A DNA stretch of 59,764 nt, filler included, from Circinaria calcarea (taxonomy: Eukaryota): the NCBI GenBank assembly GCA_051942165.1. It is 10 parts of 10 records of this genome, joined end to end, with 100 filler letters (N's around TTAATTAATTAA, not from the genome) between each part and the next. Parts side by side here need not be neighbours in the genome. Positions count along the whole stretch, not along the records: positions 1 to 5,895 come from JAVECS010001750.1; positions 5,996 to 11,890 come from JAVECS010001751.1; 8 more parts are not named here. One strand, written 5' to 3'. The notes beneath the pieces were generated by a model. The model ran no database searches. It worked only from the letters and a program-made list of their open reading frames with translations, and was not told where the DNA came from. Below are positions 1-11,709 of this stretch, one piece after another (positions within the stretch are counted from its first letter, which is position 1; each line of letters begins with the position of its first letter). The translations under genes and the position numbers were made by a program.

Positions 1-7
1 GCAGGCA

Positions 8-688
8 ATGGCCAGACTACACAGATTACAATACAAAGCAGTATCAAAGCGACACAGCATGGAGGAAGATTTATCTCAAAGACTCGTAGACATACAGTCT
101 AGGGAAGCAGCAATCCAAGGACAGATCTCACAAGAAATAGCCAAAATGAGACAGGAAATTGAGAAGACAATTCAAGAGATTCAGCAAGTTTTTACAAGGC
201 AGATCCTTGATACCGCCGCCAGACATAGAAATGAATCAGAGAAACAATCCGAGATACTCGCCTTATTTTATGACGGTCGGCCTGATAACGAAACTACGAA
301 AGCGTCTTTGATGTGGGAACTAGAGTACATGCAACAAGCAGAGCTAAACGCTCTCCGAACTCAGCTGGACAACGACACGGGAAAGTTGCGAAGGCGAGCC
401 GCAGCACCACAGCTACCCGAGACGCTTTTGGAAAGTCACGCAGCTCTTCAAAAAGAGAAGTCCGACATTCGCACGGCGAAGCTCGAGATCGCAAGGCGCC
501 ATTGGGCGGAGGTGAAATGGATGGATGCTGTGATTGTAGAGCGTGGGTCGATGCTGTTCGAGGATGAGCAGCGTGTAGTCGATTCTGGAGCAGAGGCTCG
601 TGGGACACCGTCCACATCTTGGGACGGGAACAGGGACCTATGCGCAGCAGTCTTTCTGCCTGAGGAGATTGGTATTGTCATCGCCTAG
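8..688 (+). CDS. Coiled-coil hypothetical protein, probably the 3' part of a gene truncated at the window start
   Basis: 226-aa ORF rich in E/Q/R/K/L with heptad-like character; no recognisable catalytic motif. Confidence 0.55.
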   Translation: MARLHRLQYKAVSKRHSMEEDLSQRLVDIQSREAAIQGQISQEIAKMRQEIEKTIQEIQQVFTRQILDTAARHRNESEKQSEILALFYDGRPDNETTKASLMWELEYMQQAELNALRTQLDNDTGKLRRRAAAPQLPETLLESHAALQKEKSDIRTAKLEIARRHWAEVKWMDAVIVERGSMLFEDEQRVVDSGAEARGTPSTSWDGNRDLCAAVFLPEEIGIVIA

Positions 689-1093
689 TCGGAGATGGGC
701 TGTGCTGTCAAAGCCAGGTGCATAATTCGCTTAAATCCGGACCACACTTGATGATTGCAGATTCCATGACAGCAGACTCTGCCTGAAAAACTGATGAAAG
801 AGTTAGGTCTCACTAACTTGCATATTTAGCAATGAATTGCGCAGTATGATTTCCGCGATTCGCTTCCGCAAGGATCATGGGTGATAACTCATATGCAGTA
901 GTTGATTGATGCCGCCGTTCTGGTGGAAGGCTCAGATTCCCTTGCTTTATTCTCAAGACATGTTTTTCGCCGTGGCTCAGTACTCTCTCAAAGATGTCAC
1001 TTAGATTAGAACATCAGTGTTACCCGCTTTTTGATAAGTACTCCTACCCCATCTCAGCCGCCCCTTAGATTGCATCTTCATACAATTTTTGTC

Positions 1094-1768
1094 ATGGCAC
1101 GGAACAGCTTCAATCTCAGAAAGCATCGTCCGTCACCAAAGTTTGATTTTGAATCCACCAGGGAGCCTATTGTCTCTTCCAGCTTCTACGGCCTTGAGGC
1201 TCGAATTCCACCCACCTATTTGCAAAGGGATGGCCCTCACCGCCACGTCAATGATGGAGAGCCACCACCATACACACTACAAGCAACACGGAATACCTTA
1301 GGTAACGAGTCGACGTCGATCATATCGCCTGTGGTGTCTATCGAAAGAGACTATCCTCCGTCTCGATCATCTACTCCTCATGGTGATGCTCGAGTTCCAA
1401 TTCTCTTCAACACATGGAATGAACAAGTTTCAATCCCTTCGGTGGAAAGTCTAGCGGTTCCCGAGAGCATTCATGAATCCCGACGCAGTTCTTACGAAGC
1501 CATCCTTGTCGATCCCTACGCAATAAGCTTTTCTCAACTTAAGACAATGATTACAGACGTTATTGTTTCCAACAGACCTTCGCAGCCCTACGACTGGGGT
1601 AACTGGAGCGGCGGTAGCGGCCCCATGGAAGTGATTGTGGATAGCCTTGCAGTTGACTGGAGGCGCCTGGGCGTTCGCACAAAAGTACATGATGGTAACT
1701 TGCAAGCTATATTGGTACTTTTGGGAAGGGTAGCAGGTGAGGAGGTGCTAAACGTAACATTTAGATGA
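1094..1768 (+). CDS. Hypothetical protein, paralog 1 of a tandem trio (disordered N-terminus + conserved C-terminal domain)
   Basis: ATG at 1094; C-terminus VPIL...YEAILVDP...LAVDW...TKVHDGNLQAILVLLG...GEEVLNV aligns with the next two ORFs. Confidence 0.75.
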   Translation: MARNSFNLRKHRPSPKFDFESTREPIVSSSFYGLEARIPPTYLQRDGPHRHVNDGEPPPYTLQATRNTLGNESTSIISPVVSIERDYPPSRSSTPHGDARVPILFNTWNEQVSIPSVESLAVPESIHESRRSSYEAILVDPYAISFSQLKTMITDVIVSNRPSQPYDWGNWSGGSGPMEVIVDSLAVDWRRLGVRTKVHDGNLQAILVLLGRVAGEEVLNVTFR

Positions 1769-2139
1769 GTAGGGGCCGGTAATGATAGAGGGCTATTCGG
1801 TACTATCGGATTCCACATGTGCTTACGTCGCAACCTTCGTTCAATCATTCTGTTTTCTCTGCTCCGAAGACTGAGCTGCGGTTCAGCGTTATCGTACTTC
1901 AATGCTTGCTTCATTGGTGTACCTTAAGACTATTATGTTTTTCTGGCACTTTGGCTATGGATGCTGGAAATCTGATTGCTCTTCTTCCACTCTGATTACT
2001 TGCACATGCCATATCCCGATGATACAAGGCATGATCTACCACAAGTAACTACAAACAATCTTTAAATGACCTCTTCCTCACTCCTTTCTGTTCCGTACGG
2101 TTTGTCTTCCACTTTGAGTTTTTGTCATATTGAATTACT

Positions 2140-3297
2140 ATGATGGCTCAAGACAAGCACAAGCACAGACAAATGCTTACTGTGCCAAATCCAGATGCCT
2201 TATCTGATTCTCAAATTGCTAACTGTAAGTATGCTAACAATACCAGACCTACCATCAACAACGGAACTTCCACAGAGTCAAAATTTATCATTGGTCGTAA
2301 AGTCGACGGCAATTCCGGTAGAGGCATTAACAATAGGTCCACTTTATTTACGAAACCTACCATCCCGGGTATGAGGGATATTGCCAGCCCCGGATCCCGT
2401 AGCGCGCCTAGAAGACCAGATTGGACCACCTCTTCACAAGGATCTGATGATTCGCACCGTACCAAGGTCTCTCTGGCACCACCAGTATCACAACATCCAG
2501 TTGGAACACGTTCTCGTCTGTGTCAAGAATACATACCCAATCAGACGGCTCATGTGGCCCCGCCATTTCCTATGCCCCGACTTCCTCTCAACACAGAGCC
2601 AACTTCTGAAAGTCTTAACGAGAACAAACTAAGACTACCCCTTTCTATTCCGGTCTCTACGATACTCATTCCCGATTTTACAGAATGCCGCAAAGCGAGT
2701 CTTACGGAAGATGCTCATTCACCCGCTGCTGGTCCAACAGATACAAAGTCCGAATCCGATTGTATTACTGAGCGTGAGCTCTTCCGTAGGCTCAATGCAT
2801 CAGATCCCGTCCCTTCGTCTTCCAGAACCATTACCAAGCATACAATCAATCCCGAGAAAACCGAAGTAAGGAGGGGAGGATCCTCACCTACTCCGTTACC
2901 CTTTAGCAGCCTTGCCCATCCAGAAATCACCGACCCACACGTCCCAATTATCCTGACCACCAACGCAGACTCAAAGTCCATGGATGACCATCTCTCCCAC
3001 GAGATCCTCCTTCTCGACCCATTTACCACAACCTTATCTAAACTAAGGTCCACCATCCTCAGCTTCACTTTCTCTAGTGAAACACAGAGGAACCTTAAGC
3101 TATACGGCAAGTTACTCGATCCAAACTCCATTTCCGTTGCCTGGAGAAGCGGGATCTTGCAGGACACAGTGACGGTGGTTCACGAAGGAAATGTTAAAGC
3201 GGTGTTGGTGTTGCTGGGGAAGAGCATAGGCAAGGAGGCTTTGAGTGTCAAGATCGAAAAAGGGAGGACGAGGACGAGAAAGCTTTTCTATAGGTAA
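2140..3297 (+). CDS. Hypothetical protein, paralog 2 of the tandem trio
   Basis: 385-aa ORF; VPII...HEILLLDP...ISVAW...TVVHEGNVKAVLVLLG...GKEALSV. Confidence 0.8.
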   Translation: MMAQDKHKHRQMLTVPNPDALSDSQIANCKYANNTRPTINNGTSTESKFIIGRKVDGNSGRGINNRSTLFTKPTIPGMRDIASPGSRSAPRRPDWTTSSQGSDDSHRTKVSLAPPVSQHPVGTRSRLCQEYIPNQTAHVAPPFPMPRLPLNTEPTSESLNENKLRLPLSIPVSTILIPDFTECRKASLTEDAHSPAAGPTDTKSESDCITERELFRRLNASDPVPSSSRTITKHTINPEKTEVRRGGSSPTPLPFSSLAHPEITDPHVPIILTTNADSKSMDDHLSHEILLLDPFTTTLSKLRSTILSFTFSSETQRNLKLYGKLLDPNSISVAWRSGILQDTVTVVHEGNVKAVLVLLGKSIGKEALSVKIEKGRTRTRKLFYR

Positions 3298-3760
3298 GTG
3301 TTTTTCGGCGTTGGGTTGAATGCAGCGCATTGTAAGACATGCTTACTGCGGGTCTCGTCGGAAGGGAGATGCCGTTTGTGATATACGATTAGGGGTGAGA
3401 TGCCAGTGGTAAAGTATCATTTGATTCTGTTGGAACATATGGACATATGTAGATGTTTGTTTCTCTTACCACTGATGATTCAATCATACATGCTTCTTGC
3501 AACCCGGCTCTTTCCCTGCAGTCCTATGTCTAGGATTGACATGAAAGGAAGCTCAATGACTTCTGCACATGTCCGACGTATATCATACATTTCTATACGT
3601 CTTACAAACAAAGCTTTTTCCATAGTTTTTGAAGCTCACTTATCCACCGGTCTGTGCACATACAAAGCTCTTTCAGCAGCAAGGGCATATAGACTTCTCA
3701 TATTCCTTCTCCTTTCCACCCTTTTTTTCCTTCTATTCAATCCGAATCAGAGCGCCCACC

Positions 3761-4480
3761 ATGAGAAGTAGTCAGCCTACAGGTAGAAAGCCACCATCCG
3801 AAACCGATTCTAACTTGGATAACGCTAGCGACAATGAGTCTGCCATTGACGCACGATATGCCTCCAGTCCACAGTTTCCCAGTTATCATGGGCCTGACCC
3901 AACTGCGCCAGCTTTTCGTTGCCATCCTCGTCATCCGGTCGGGGGGCTACCGCCCCTGGCTGCCCCCCAAGAAAACTTGCAAGAGGATCATGGTGAATCA
4001 CCGATAGAATTTGAATCTAAGGGACAGGAAGAGGTTTCCACTACTCCTCCCACTCCGGCCGCTGGACTATCCATTTCCAGCGCCGGTCAGGCTGGCTCTT
4101 CCACTGTAACGCCAGCTCTCGCCCCTACCATTCTGAATCGCAGTCTCGCAGTCTCCAGCACCCGGGTTCCCATCATCATCAAGATCCAAGGCGCTTTCAA
4201 GTGCCACGAGATCATCCTCGTCAACCCGGAGACCATTACCCTACCTGTTCTGGAAAACTGCGTCGTCGAGACCGTGAGGGCTAACAGAAACCTCTACCGG
4301 AGAGGAAATATCCGCCCCGGGGGTAGTCTGAACAGGGTGAGATTATGTGTGGCTTGGGAGGAGGGGTATTTGGGGGGAAACTCTATCAAGACGAATGTGC
4401 ACGAGGAAAATGTCAAGGCTGTGATGGCGCTGTTGGGGGAAATGGGGGGAAGGGAGGCGCTATTGGTAGGGTTTGGTTAG
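3761..4480 (+). CDS. Hypothetical protein, paralog 3 of the tandem trio
   Basis: ATG at 3761 in CCACCATG context; VPII...HEIILVNP...LCVAW...TNVHEENVKAVMALLG...GREALLV. Confidence 0.8.
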   Translation: MRSSQPTGRKPPSETDSNLDNASDNESAIDARYASSPQFPSYHGPDPTAPAFRCHPRHPVGGLPPLAAPQENLQEDHGESPIEFESKGQEEVSTTPPTPAAGLSISSAGQAGSSTVTPALAPTILNRSLAVSSTRVPIIIKIQGAFKCHEIILVNPETITLPVLENCVVETVRANRNLYRRGNIRPGGSLNRVRLCVAWEEGYLGGNSIKTNVHEENVKAVMALLGEMGGREALLVGFG

Positions 4481-4989
4481 GAAGGAGGGTGCGTAGGGGA
4501 CTGTTGCTTCTCAGCTCGTGAGAGTCGCGTTTTAATGGATTATTGGGAAGTACCTTTTACCGGTCCAGATCTGCGTAATATCCGTTCGGCGAGAGCAATG
4601 CTGTCAGGTGGGATCAGGGTGATATGCTATATGAGGAGGGCATTTTGACCATGTGATGCTGTGAACATGCAACCCATCGTTACTGGTACCCAATGTACTA
4701 ATCTTGCGGTTATTTCTAAGGGCAGAATTCCCCGAGCATTGTTATTCGTTGAACATCCCTGTCTTTTCCAGACGTTTATTCTGCCCTACTGGTAGAGTGC
4801 CAAGCTCTAAGCTTAGCGTCCGATCGCGATAAGGTTTCCAAGCGTTGACGTATCGATAAGCGATAGAAGCTGGCGACGCAAGCAGCCACAAGGCAGCTGT
4901 CAGATGATAGCGAGCAAGCTCGTCCTTACTCTCAGCATCCTTATATACACTCGATAGTAGGAGTACTTGCTATACTCAACTCTTGCAAC

Positions 4990-5895
4990 ATGTTTGACGT
5001 CCTCCCTAACCTCGTTTCGTAAGTCCCGCCCACGCCGCCCCTCTTAGCAACAGCTTTCTAATCAAAGCTCTGACCTCTTTATCCATCTTCCTTCCTTCTA
5101 TAAATGGTAATACGGTACAGCTAACAATCCCTCACAGTTCTCTTCTTACTGTTCTCTTCCCAATATTCGCCTCCTACAAAGCCCTCCGAACCTCCGACCC
5201 CGCCCAACTAACCCCATGGCTTATGTACTGGGTCGTATTCTCCTGCTTCACCCTTTTTGAATCCTGGACCTGGTTCATCCTTTCATGGTACATATCCCTT
5301 TCCCTTCAAAATCTCAAGCCTCACTAATGATCCGTCTCTCACGCATAGGCTCCCTTTCTACGCCTACTTCCGCCTCATTCTCCTCTCCTACCTCGTCCTC
5401 CCTCAAACCCAAGGCGCCCGCCTCCTCTACCAATCTCACATCCACCCCTTCCTCGCCCACTACGAAGCTGACATTGACAATCTCATCAGCAACGCGCACG
5501 ATCGTGCCCGCTCAGCCGGGCTGCAGTACCTCAAGCGCGCGATCGATTTCGTCCGAGAGAATATTTTTGGTATCCAGCCGAAGAAGCAGAGTCATGTATC
5601 TGCTGCAGGCGAAGGGAGCGGGAGTTATGCGCAAAATTTACTCTCCCGCTTTAATCTCCCTTCCGCGCGTGAAGGACTGGCCGCCCCCGCAGGCGATTTC
5701 TACGGCTTGCTGAGCGCGGCCCTGGGTCAAGCCAGCACCAAAACCGCCGGAAACAACAGCACCACCCAGGAAGCCCAACTCGACCACCTCTTCGCCACAA
5801 TTCCCCCCATCCCCCAAACCATCACTTCCCCCACTGAAAAACTCACATTCCTAACGACTCAGCGTGAGAAACTGCGCCTCCTGCTCTCGGCTCTG
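4990..5895 (+). CDS. HVA22/TB2/DP1 (YOP1/REEP-like) membrane protein, multi-exon, 3' truncated
   Basis: Exons about 4990-5018, 5138-5288, 5349-end; PIFASYKAL...WLMYWVV...LPFYAYFRL...LVLPQTQGARLLY motifs. Confidence 0.85.
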
Positions 5896-5995
5896 NNNNN
5901 NNNNNNNNNNNNNNNNNNNNNNNNNNNNNNNNNNNNNNNTTAATTAATTAANNNNNNNNNNNNNNNNNNNNNNNNNNNNNNNNNNNNNNNNNNNN
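5896..5995. other. Artificial contig spacer (N-TTAATTAATTAA-N); same at 11891, 17885, 23878, 29867, 35856, 41837, 47816, 53791
   Basis: Nine 100-bp spacers with stops in all six frames; genes are cut at them and contig lengths never increase along the window. Confidence 0.98.
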
Positions 5996-6560
5996 CTCAA
6001 TGTACGGGAGTACTGGAAAGAGGCGCTCCCTTTCCTCTTGGACAAATTACGGACTAACTTTGATTAAAATAGATATTAGATACCGATAATCTTTCCCGGT
6101 TCACCCTCGCTTTACCACGGCTTTATCTATCCAGCACACTCCGTACCAAATTTGTATCATTCCATTCTAATAAATGCTATGCCGAATCCTCCGCCTGTCG
6201 CACAAGTGCCGAGTGACAAAGTTAAAGTCCAAGAAACCCCGCATCTACTGCAAAGTACATGGCGAAAAACAGCAAGAGGCAATCAGCTTCTCCATCAATG
6301 ACACCACGCGTAGGAGTGTGCGATTATTTGCAGCATCCATTCTCCTTGCCAAACCGTACCTCTTGCGGTAGGGCAAACATAGGCTACTGCTTTGTAAACG
6401 CGTGTCGGGGCGAGCAACTAGTTAATCTTTTACATGAATTGGTATACCATGGCTTGATATACGGTAATAGCATTAACTGCTTTGAGGATGGCTCTTACAG
6501 ACCTACTAACCACGCCCTTCAGAAAGCTAACCTTGTTCAATCTGGAGATATCTAATCGTT

Positions 6561-8573
6561 ATGTCGACTCCAAAGGATAAATACGATGTCGTGATCATTG
6601 GTGCTGGACCGGCCGGATTGCTCTTTTCTGTATGTCTAGCAAGATGGGGTTACAATATCAAACATATCGATAACAGACCAGAGCCAACACCTACTGGTCG
6701 CGCTGATGGTATTCAACCAAGGTCGCTTGATATTCTCCGCAACATGAATCTTAAGCGACAGATTATGGCCCATGAGCCTGCCAAAGTCTATGAAGTTGCC
6801 TTCTGGGATCCATTACAAGGGGGCAACGGTATACAGAGGACGGGTACATGGCCAAGCTGTCCGAAGTTCATTGACTCAAGACATCCATTTACGACTCTCC
6901 TACATCAGGGATTAATTGAAAGGGTTTTAATCGGAGACCTGCAGAGAAACGGGGCAGACGTGCAAAGACCGTGGACGATTACTGGGTTCAAGAACAATGG
7001 AAAAGATCAAGAGTACCCGATTGAGGTCAGCTTAAGACATGTAAATACAAACCAGGAAGAAATTGTTAGGGCAAAGTATCTGTTCAGCGGTGAGGGTGCG
7101 AGGAGCTTTGTCCGGGAGCAAGTGGGCGTAAAGATACACCATATGGATCCTATTGCGCATGTTTGGGGAGTTATGGATGGCGTTGTGCGAACCGACTTTC
7201 CCGATATCAAGGTTGTAAACGAGAATCTGTTCAGCGAATAAGTATTGACGGATGCAGATGAAATGTACCATTCACTCGGACCATGGTTCAATCATGGTCA
7301 TCCCTCGGGAAAACAACATGGTTCGTTTGTACATTCAATTGGCGTCTTCGACCGACAAAGACTGGGATCCACGTAAGAAAGTCTCCGAGGCGGAAGTACA
7401 GGCATCGGCTAAGAAAATTCTACAACCATATCGAATTGAGTGGGACAGAATCGAGTGGTACTCAGTCTACCCTATCAGGCAAGGCATTGCAGAGAAATAT
7501 ACACTTGACTATCGAGTATTCTTGGGAGGAGACTGCTGCCATACCCATAGTGTAAGCGCCTTGACCTGGCTGAAGATTCGGGAAGCGATCTGACTATATA
7601 TGAGCAGCCAAAAGCAGGTCAAGGTATGAATGCCGCCTTCCATGATGCCATAAATCTGGCCTGGAAAATCCATCATGTCGAAGGAAGGTTTGCAGATCGT
7701 TCCATCCTCACATCCTATGAATCCGAACGCAAGCTCATAGCAGAGAATCTTCTGAACTTTGACGCAAAGTATGCTTCTTTGTTCTCCCAGCGTCAGACCT
7801 CGGCCGGGGAAGTAAAAGCTACCTTGGGGTTAGAAGAGGAGAAAGGCGAAAAGGATAACCCGTTTATTGAGGTCTTCAAGTCGAGCTGCGAGTTCACCAC
7901 CGGTTACGGCATCGCATACAATCCAAATGTATTTAATTGGTCCTCGAACCACCCAGCCCAGTCTGCCCTGTTTCAGCGTAAAGGAGGTTCACTTGGCACT
8001 GGCCGTGTCATGCCCCCAGCGAACGTAACACGTGTCTCTGATGCGAACGTCGTGCAACTAGAACAGGAGGTTCCTTTCAACGGCTCTTTTCGGGTCTTCC
8101 TTTTCGCTGGGATGCCTTCAACCACCCGACGCGCCGTGATAGATTTTGCGTCAAATCTCATGAAAGATAAGAGTTTCTACAAACTCTACGAAAGGCAAGA
8201 CATCGCCCGTGTTAGTTGCCACGAACGTCACAACCCGCACTCGCACTTCTTCACAATTTGTACTACATTTACTGCATCGAGGCCTACAATTGAGATCCCG
8301 AAGCTCCTTCCGGCTGTCCTTGCGCGATACAGCGATCATGTATACGCAGATGACATCTGGGACTCTAGGGTTCCTGGTGCCAAGGCAGCCGCTCATGCAA
8401 AGATGGGACTTGATCAAGAGAAAGGCGGGGTCGTGATAGTCAGGCCAGATGGATATGTGGGCTGCGTGGTCGAATTAGTGGAGGGAAGCGGAACGGTTGA
8501 TGCCCTGAATCAATACTTTGGTGCTTTCTCATCGAAGCCGATCGGCAAGGCGGAGTCACGACCCCAGCTGTAG
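6561..8573 (+). CDS. FAD-dependent phenol 2-monooxygenase family, 3 exons (introns 7212-7257, 7552-7607)
   Basis: GAGPAG Rossmann motif, [32 protein letters not shown]-terminal VRPDGYV. Confidence 0.93.
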
Positions 8574-8952
8574 GCGCAAAGGGGACTTTGTCTGGCAGAA
8601 GTAATCACGTATAAAATCACAATAATTATGTATGGTGGATGCATTATTATTGCCTTCGCAGTTCAAAGATTCAAGGTCCTCGGGCATTAGCAAGACTGCG
8701 GTAGAAATAAAGTATCCTCTAGCGGAAGAATGTTCTCACGCCCCGTGGTAGCGCTAGACTATTTCGGTGTAAACATCGTGAGATGAATGAAGGTTTTCAT
8801 TGTTACAGCGGGGGCATAGTATCCTGCGCTTTGACGTTTGTTGGTTGTCATGTTGATACTATGTTTTGCCCTCACCAATCACTCTGTCAACCATAACCTC
8901 AAACTCAACACAAGAGCACAATCATACTGATCAGTTCAACACTGCACTCACT

Positions 8953-11709
8953 ATGGCTTCGAACGATTCGAGCGGTTTGATGGACTGGAAATACAACACA
9001 CCACCTCAAGACCTACAGCAAACTCACAATACTCAGCTTACCACCTACCCAAAGGTTCCCGTTGCCAATCGGAGCATCCGCTTGGTCGATGATGGTCTAA
9101 TACCAGCTCCACAACCACTCGAGCGTACTCTGCGGGCTAGCTGTCCTACCGCTACATTCAACACGGGTGGCCAACTGCTCGACGACCCATTTCAAATCTC
9201 ATACAAAACCCCGAAGAATCCTTTCTACACCTGTCCAACCACTACTACTACAGCAAGGAGGCGAATGTTTGACGAGTTTGCAGAGGATGAGCAAGTAGCA
9301 ACACAAGCTGACCAACGAATCGCCTCGTCACTCACCAACACCCAACATCAATACGTTCCTACACCTTTCGGGGACCTTCCTTACACGCAGCCGTTTAGTG
9401 CTCCAGTAGTTCAGCCAGATAGGGCGGACGAAGAAGCTCTGTTGAAGCTAATCGGCATTGCCTGTCTTGTCGCGATTGTCTGGGCATTTAAGACCACAGT
9501 GCACACTTCTTTGGCTGTAAGTCGAATTGCTTGTAACGGTGTATACGCGACAGGCCGATACGTCCACCAGAATCGTCATCATGTAGTGGATACCTATCGC
9601 GCAACTACCCAAGTGGGCGGACGCTTCGCACGGCATAACCAGCAGATTGTTCTCAAAACGTATCGAGCAACAGCACAAGTTGCGCAATCCTACAAACGCC
9701 GCCTCATGGAAATCACAACCCGACAGAATATTGATGTACCCAACGCTCCACTCGAGGTCTTACCAAGTAGTCCACCCGCCTCTACATTACGCTCGATACC
9801 AGAACCGGCCCTTAGTGCCCAATTCAGTCACTCCCTACATGGCTCACCACATACACCTTCCAGAAATTCCCCTCATATCTCTGTACATTCATCACCGGGT
9901 TCTTACCCACGGCTGTCTTCGCGCCGTCGATCTCCAGCAGGAGCTACAAGTGCACGAGTGGCATGGGATGCAGAGATTGAGCAACGGCGTACGATCAGGG
10001 CATCGATTATAAACAAGGATAATGCACAATGTGCCTCTGTAAACCAACTCGCGAACCTTATGATGGAAGACGAAGTGGTCGCAATGCACTTGGATGAGGA
10101 GACGTCTGTGATCAAGAAGGGATCCCCGTTATCGGAGGTTAGCGATGGTAACACTAGAAGTTATGGTCATGATATGTCAATAGTGAGCCTCGGGAAGGAT
10201 AGTAGCGTTGGCGCAGAAGCTAATGGATATTCGGATGACAAGGAAGAAGACGAAATCGACATTTCAGGTCACTACCATCTTGTATCATCGCCGGCCTTCA
10301 TAAAGGACGACGACGCTGACATCAAGGCTGGTGGATGTCAAGATTTTAAGCAAGAAGATGGTACGAAAAACCTAGTGCATAGCATCGTACAAGATGTCAA
10401 AGAAGACGGAAGCGATAGAGAAGGTCTTTTCGAAGGCACTGAGGAATATGACTCTGATAATTCTGATTATTCCCTTACAACCTCACAAGATGGCGAGCAA
10501 GAAGATGGATCACACGATGCAGGTCATTCTGATGTCGCATCGCAGGATGTCAAGGAAGAAGACGAGGGCGATAAGGCAGATCTCAACCGTAGCACGTTGC
10601 AAGATGTCAAGGAAGATGAGGAAATCTTAGAAATTAAGAATGAAGACTCGAAGATGACTTCTAATCCTACTGCTACCCCCAGCAAGATGGGTATTCCCAG
10701 TACTCCTAGTCCTCCTTCTCTTGAGCGTCTATATATATCAGGTCGACGAACATCAAACCGTCAACGAGCTCGAGAGCGCGAGCTGGAGATCCAACGGGCC
10801 GAGCAAGCAAGACTTAGGGCCGAGGAACAAGCTCGCAAAGACGCTGAAGCAGCCGCGGCTCAAGCCCGACGGGAGGCAGCAGCAGCCTTGGAGAGAGAGC
10901 GACGAGAAGATCTGCTCCGGCAAAAGCGAGGCTCTAGACGTGCACCCAAGGCTAAGCTAATTCAACCGCTACCTCCGGAATGGAGTATCAAGGTCGACGC
11001 AGCTATGGCCTCGGCGTCCGTCAATCGCGAGTTAGCAACCACATCCAACGGCACAAAGCTTACGCGAAAAGACTTTGGCACCCTTCTACCGCAAGCAGGT
11101 CGCGATAGTATCAGTGCCTGGTTGAATGATGAAATTGTTGCTGCATACCTCCAGATGACTGTTGATTACGGTCTTGAGAAGACCGGTCATAAGCGCGGTC
11201 AGACCCCTAGGCATCACACGTTCAATACTTTTTTCTATAAGAACCTGCGCGACAAGGGACCGGATAGTATCCGTCGCTGGGCCAGCAAAGCCAAAATCGG
11301 TGGCAAGAATCTTCTTGATGCCGAATATGTTTTCATTCCCGTCCATGAAGGTGCCCATTGGACTTTACTCGTCGTCTGCCCCATGCGAAGAACGATTGAG
11401 TACTTTGACTCGTATCACGGAAACGGCAAACGTCACACCGACCGCGTCAAGACGTGGTTGAAGCAAGAACTCGGGTCTGAGTACAATGCCAACGAATGGA
11501 CGGTGTGGGATGACGCAGGGAGTCCAACTCAGGCTAATGCCAAGGACTGTGGAGTCTTTGTTGCCACGACTGCGAAGATGATCATGCTTGGATATGACCC
11601 CAAGAAAGCGTACGACATGGATGATTTGCCGTGTCAGAGAATGCGGATGGCGGCGGAATTGATTAATGGGGGTTTCACTGGTGATTTCGAGCCGGTCATG
11701 GAGGAATGA
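8953..11709 (+). CDS. ULP1: Ulp1-family (C48) SUMO protease with long disordered N-terminal region
   Basis: WLNDEIV, FNTFFY, HW (GAHWTL), YFDS, QANAKDCGVF catalytic motifs. Confidence 0.88.
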   Translation: MASNDSSGLMDWKYNTPPQDLQQTHNTQLTTYPKVPVANRSIRLVDDGLIPAPQPLERTLRASCPTATFNTGGQLLDDPFQISYKTPKNPFYTCPTTTTTARRRMFDEFAEDEQVATQADQRIASSLTNTQHQYVPTPFGDLPYTQPFSAPVVQPDRADEEALLKLIGIACLVAIVWAFKTTVHTSLAVSRIACNGVYATGRYVHQNRHHVVDTYRATTQVGGRFARHNQQIVLKTYRATAQVAQSYKRRLMEITTRQNIDVPNAPLEVLPSSPPASTLRSIPEPALSAQFSHSLHGSPHTPSRNSPHISVHSSPGSYPRLSSRRRSPAGATSARVAWDAEIEQRRTIRASIINKDNAQCASVNQLANLMMEDEVVAMHLDEETSVIKKGSPLSEVSDGNTRSYGHDMSIVSLGKDSSVGAEANGYSDDKEEDEIDISGHYHLVSSPAFIKDDDADIKAGGCQDFKQEDGTKNLVHSIVQDVKEDGSDREGLFEGTEEYDSDNSDYSLTTSQDGEQEDGSHDAGHSDVASQDVKEEDEGDKADLNRSTLQDVKEDEEILEIKNEDSKMTSNPTATPSKMGIPSTPSPPSLERLYISGRRTSNRQRARERELEIQRAEQARLRAEEQARKDAEAAAAQARREAAAALERERREDLLRQKRGSRRAPKAKLIQPLPPEWSIKVDAAMASASVNRELATTSNGTKLTRKDFGTLLPQAGRDSISAWLNDEIVAAYLQMTVDYGLEKTGHKRGQTPRHHTFNTFFYKNLRDKGPDSIRRWASKAKIGGKNLLDAEYVFIPVHEGAHWTLLVVCPMRRTIEYFDSYHGNGKRHTDRVKTWLKQELGSEYNANEWTVWDDAGSPTQANAKDCGVFVATTAKMIMLGYDPKKAYDMDDLPCQRMRMAAELINGGFTGDFEPVMEE

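Noticed and set aside
4820..4870. Clustered GATAAG motifs upstream of the HVA22-like gene (also near 58500-58620)
   Set aside because: Short, common promoter words; no specific regulator can be supported
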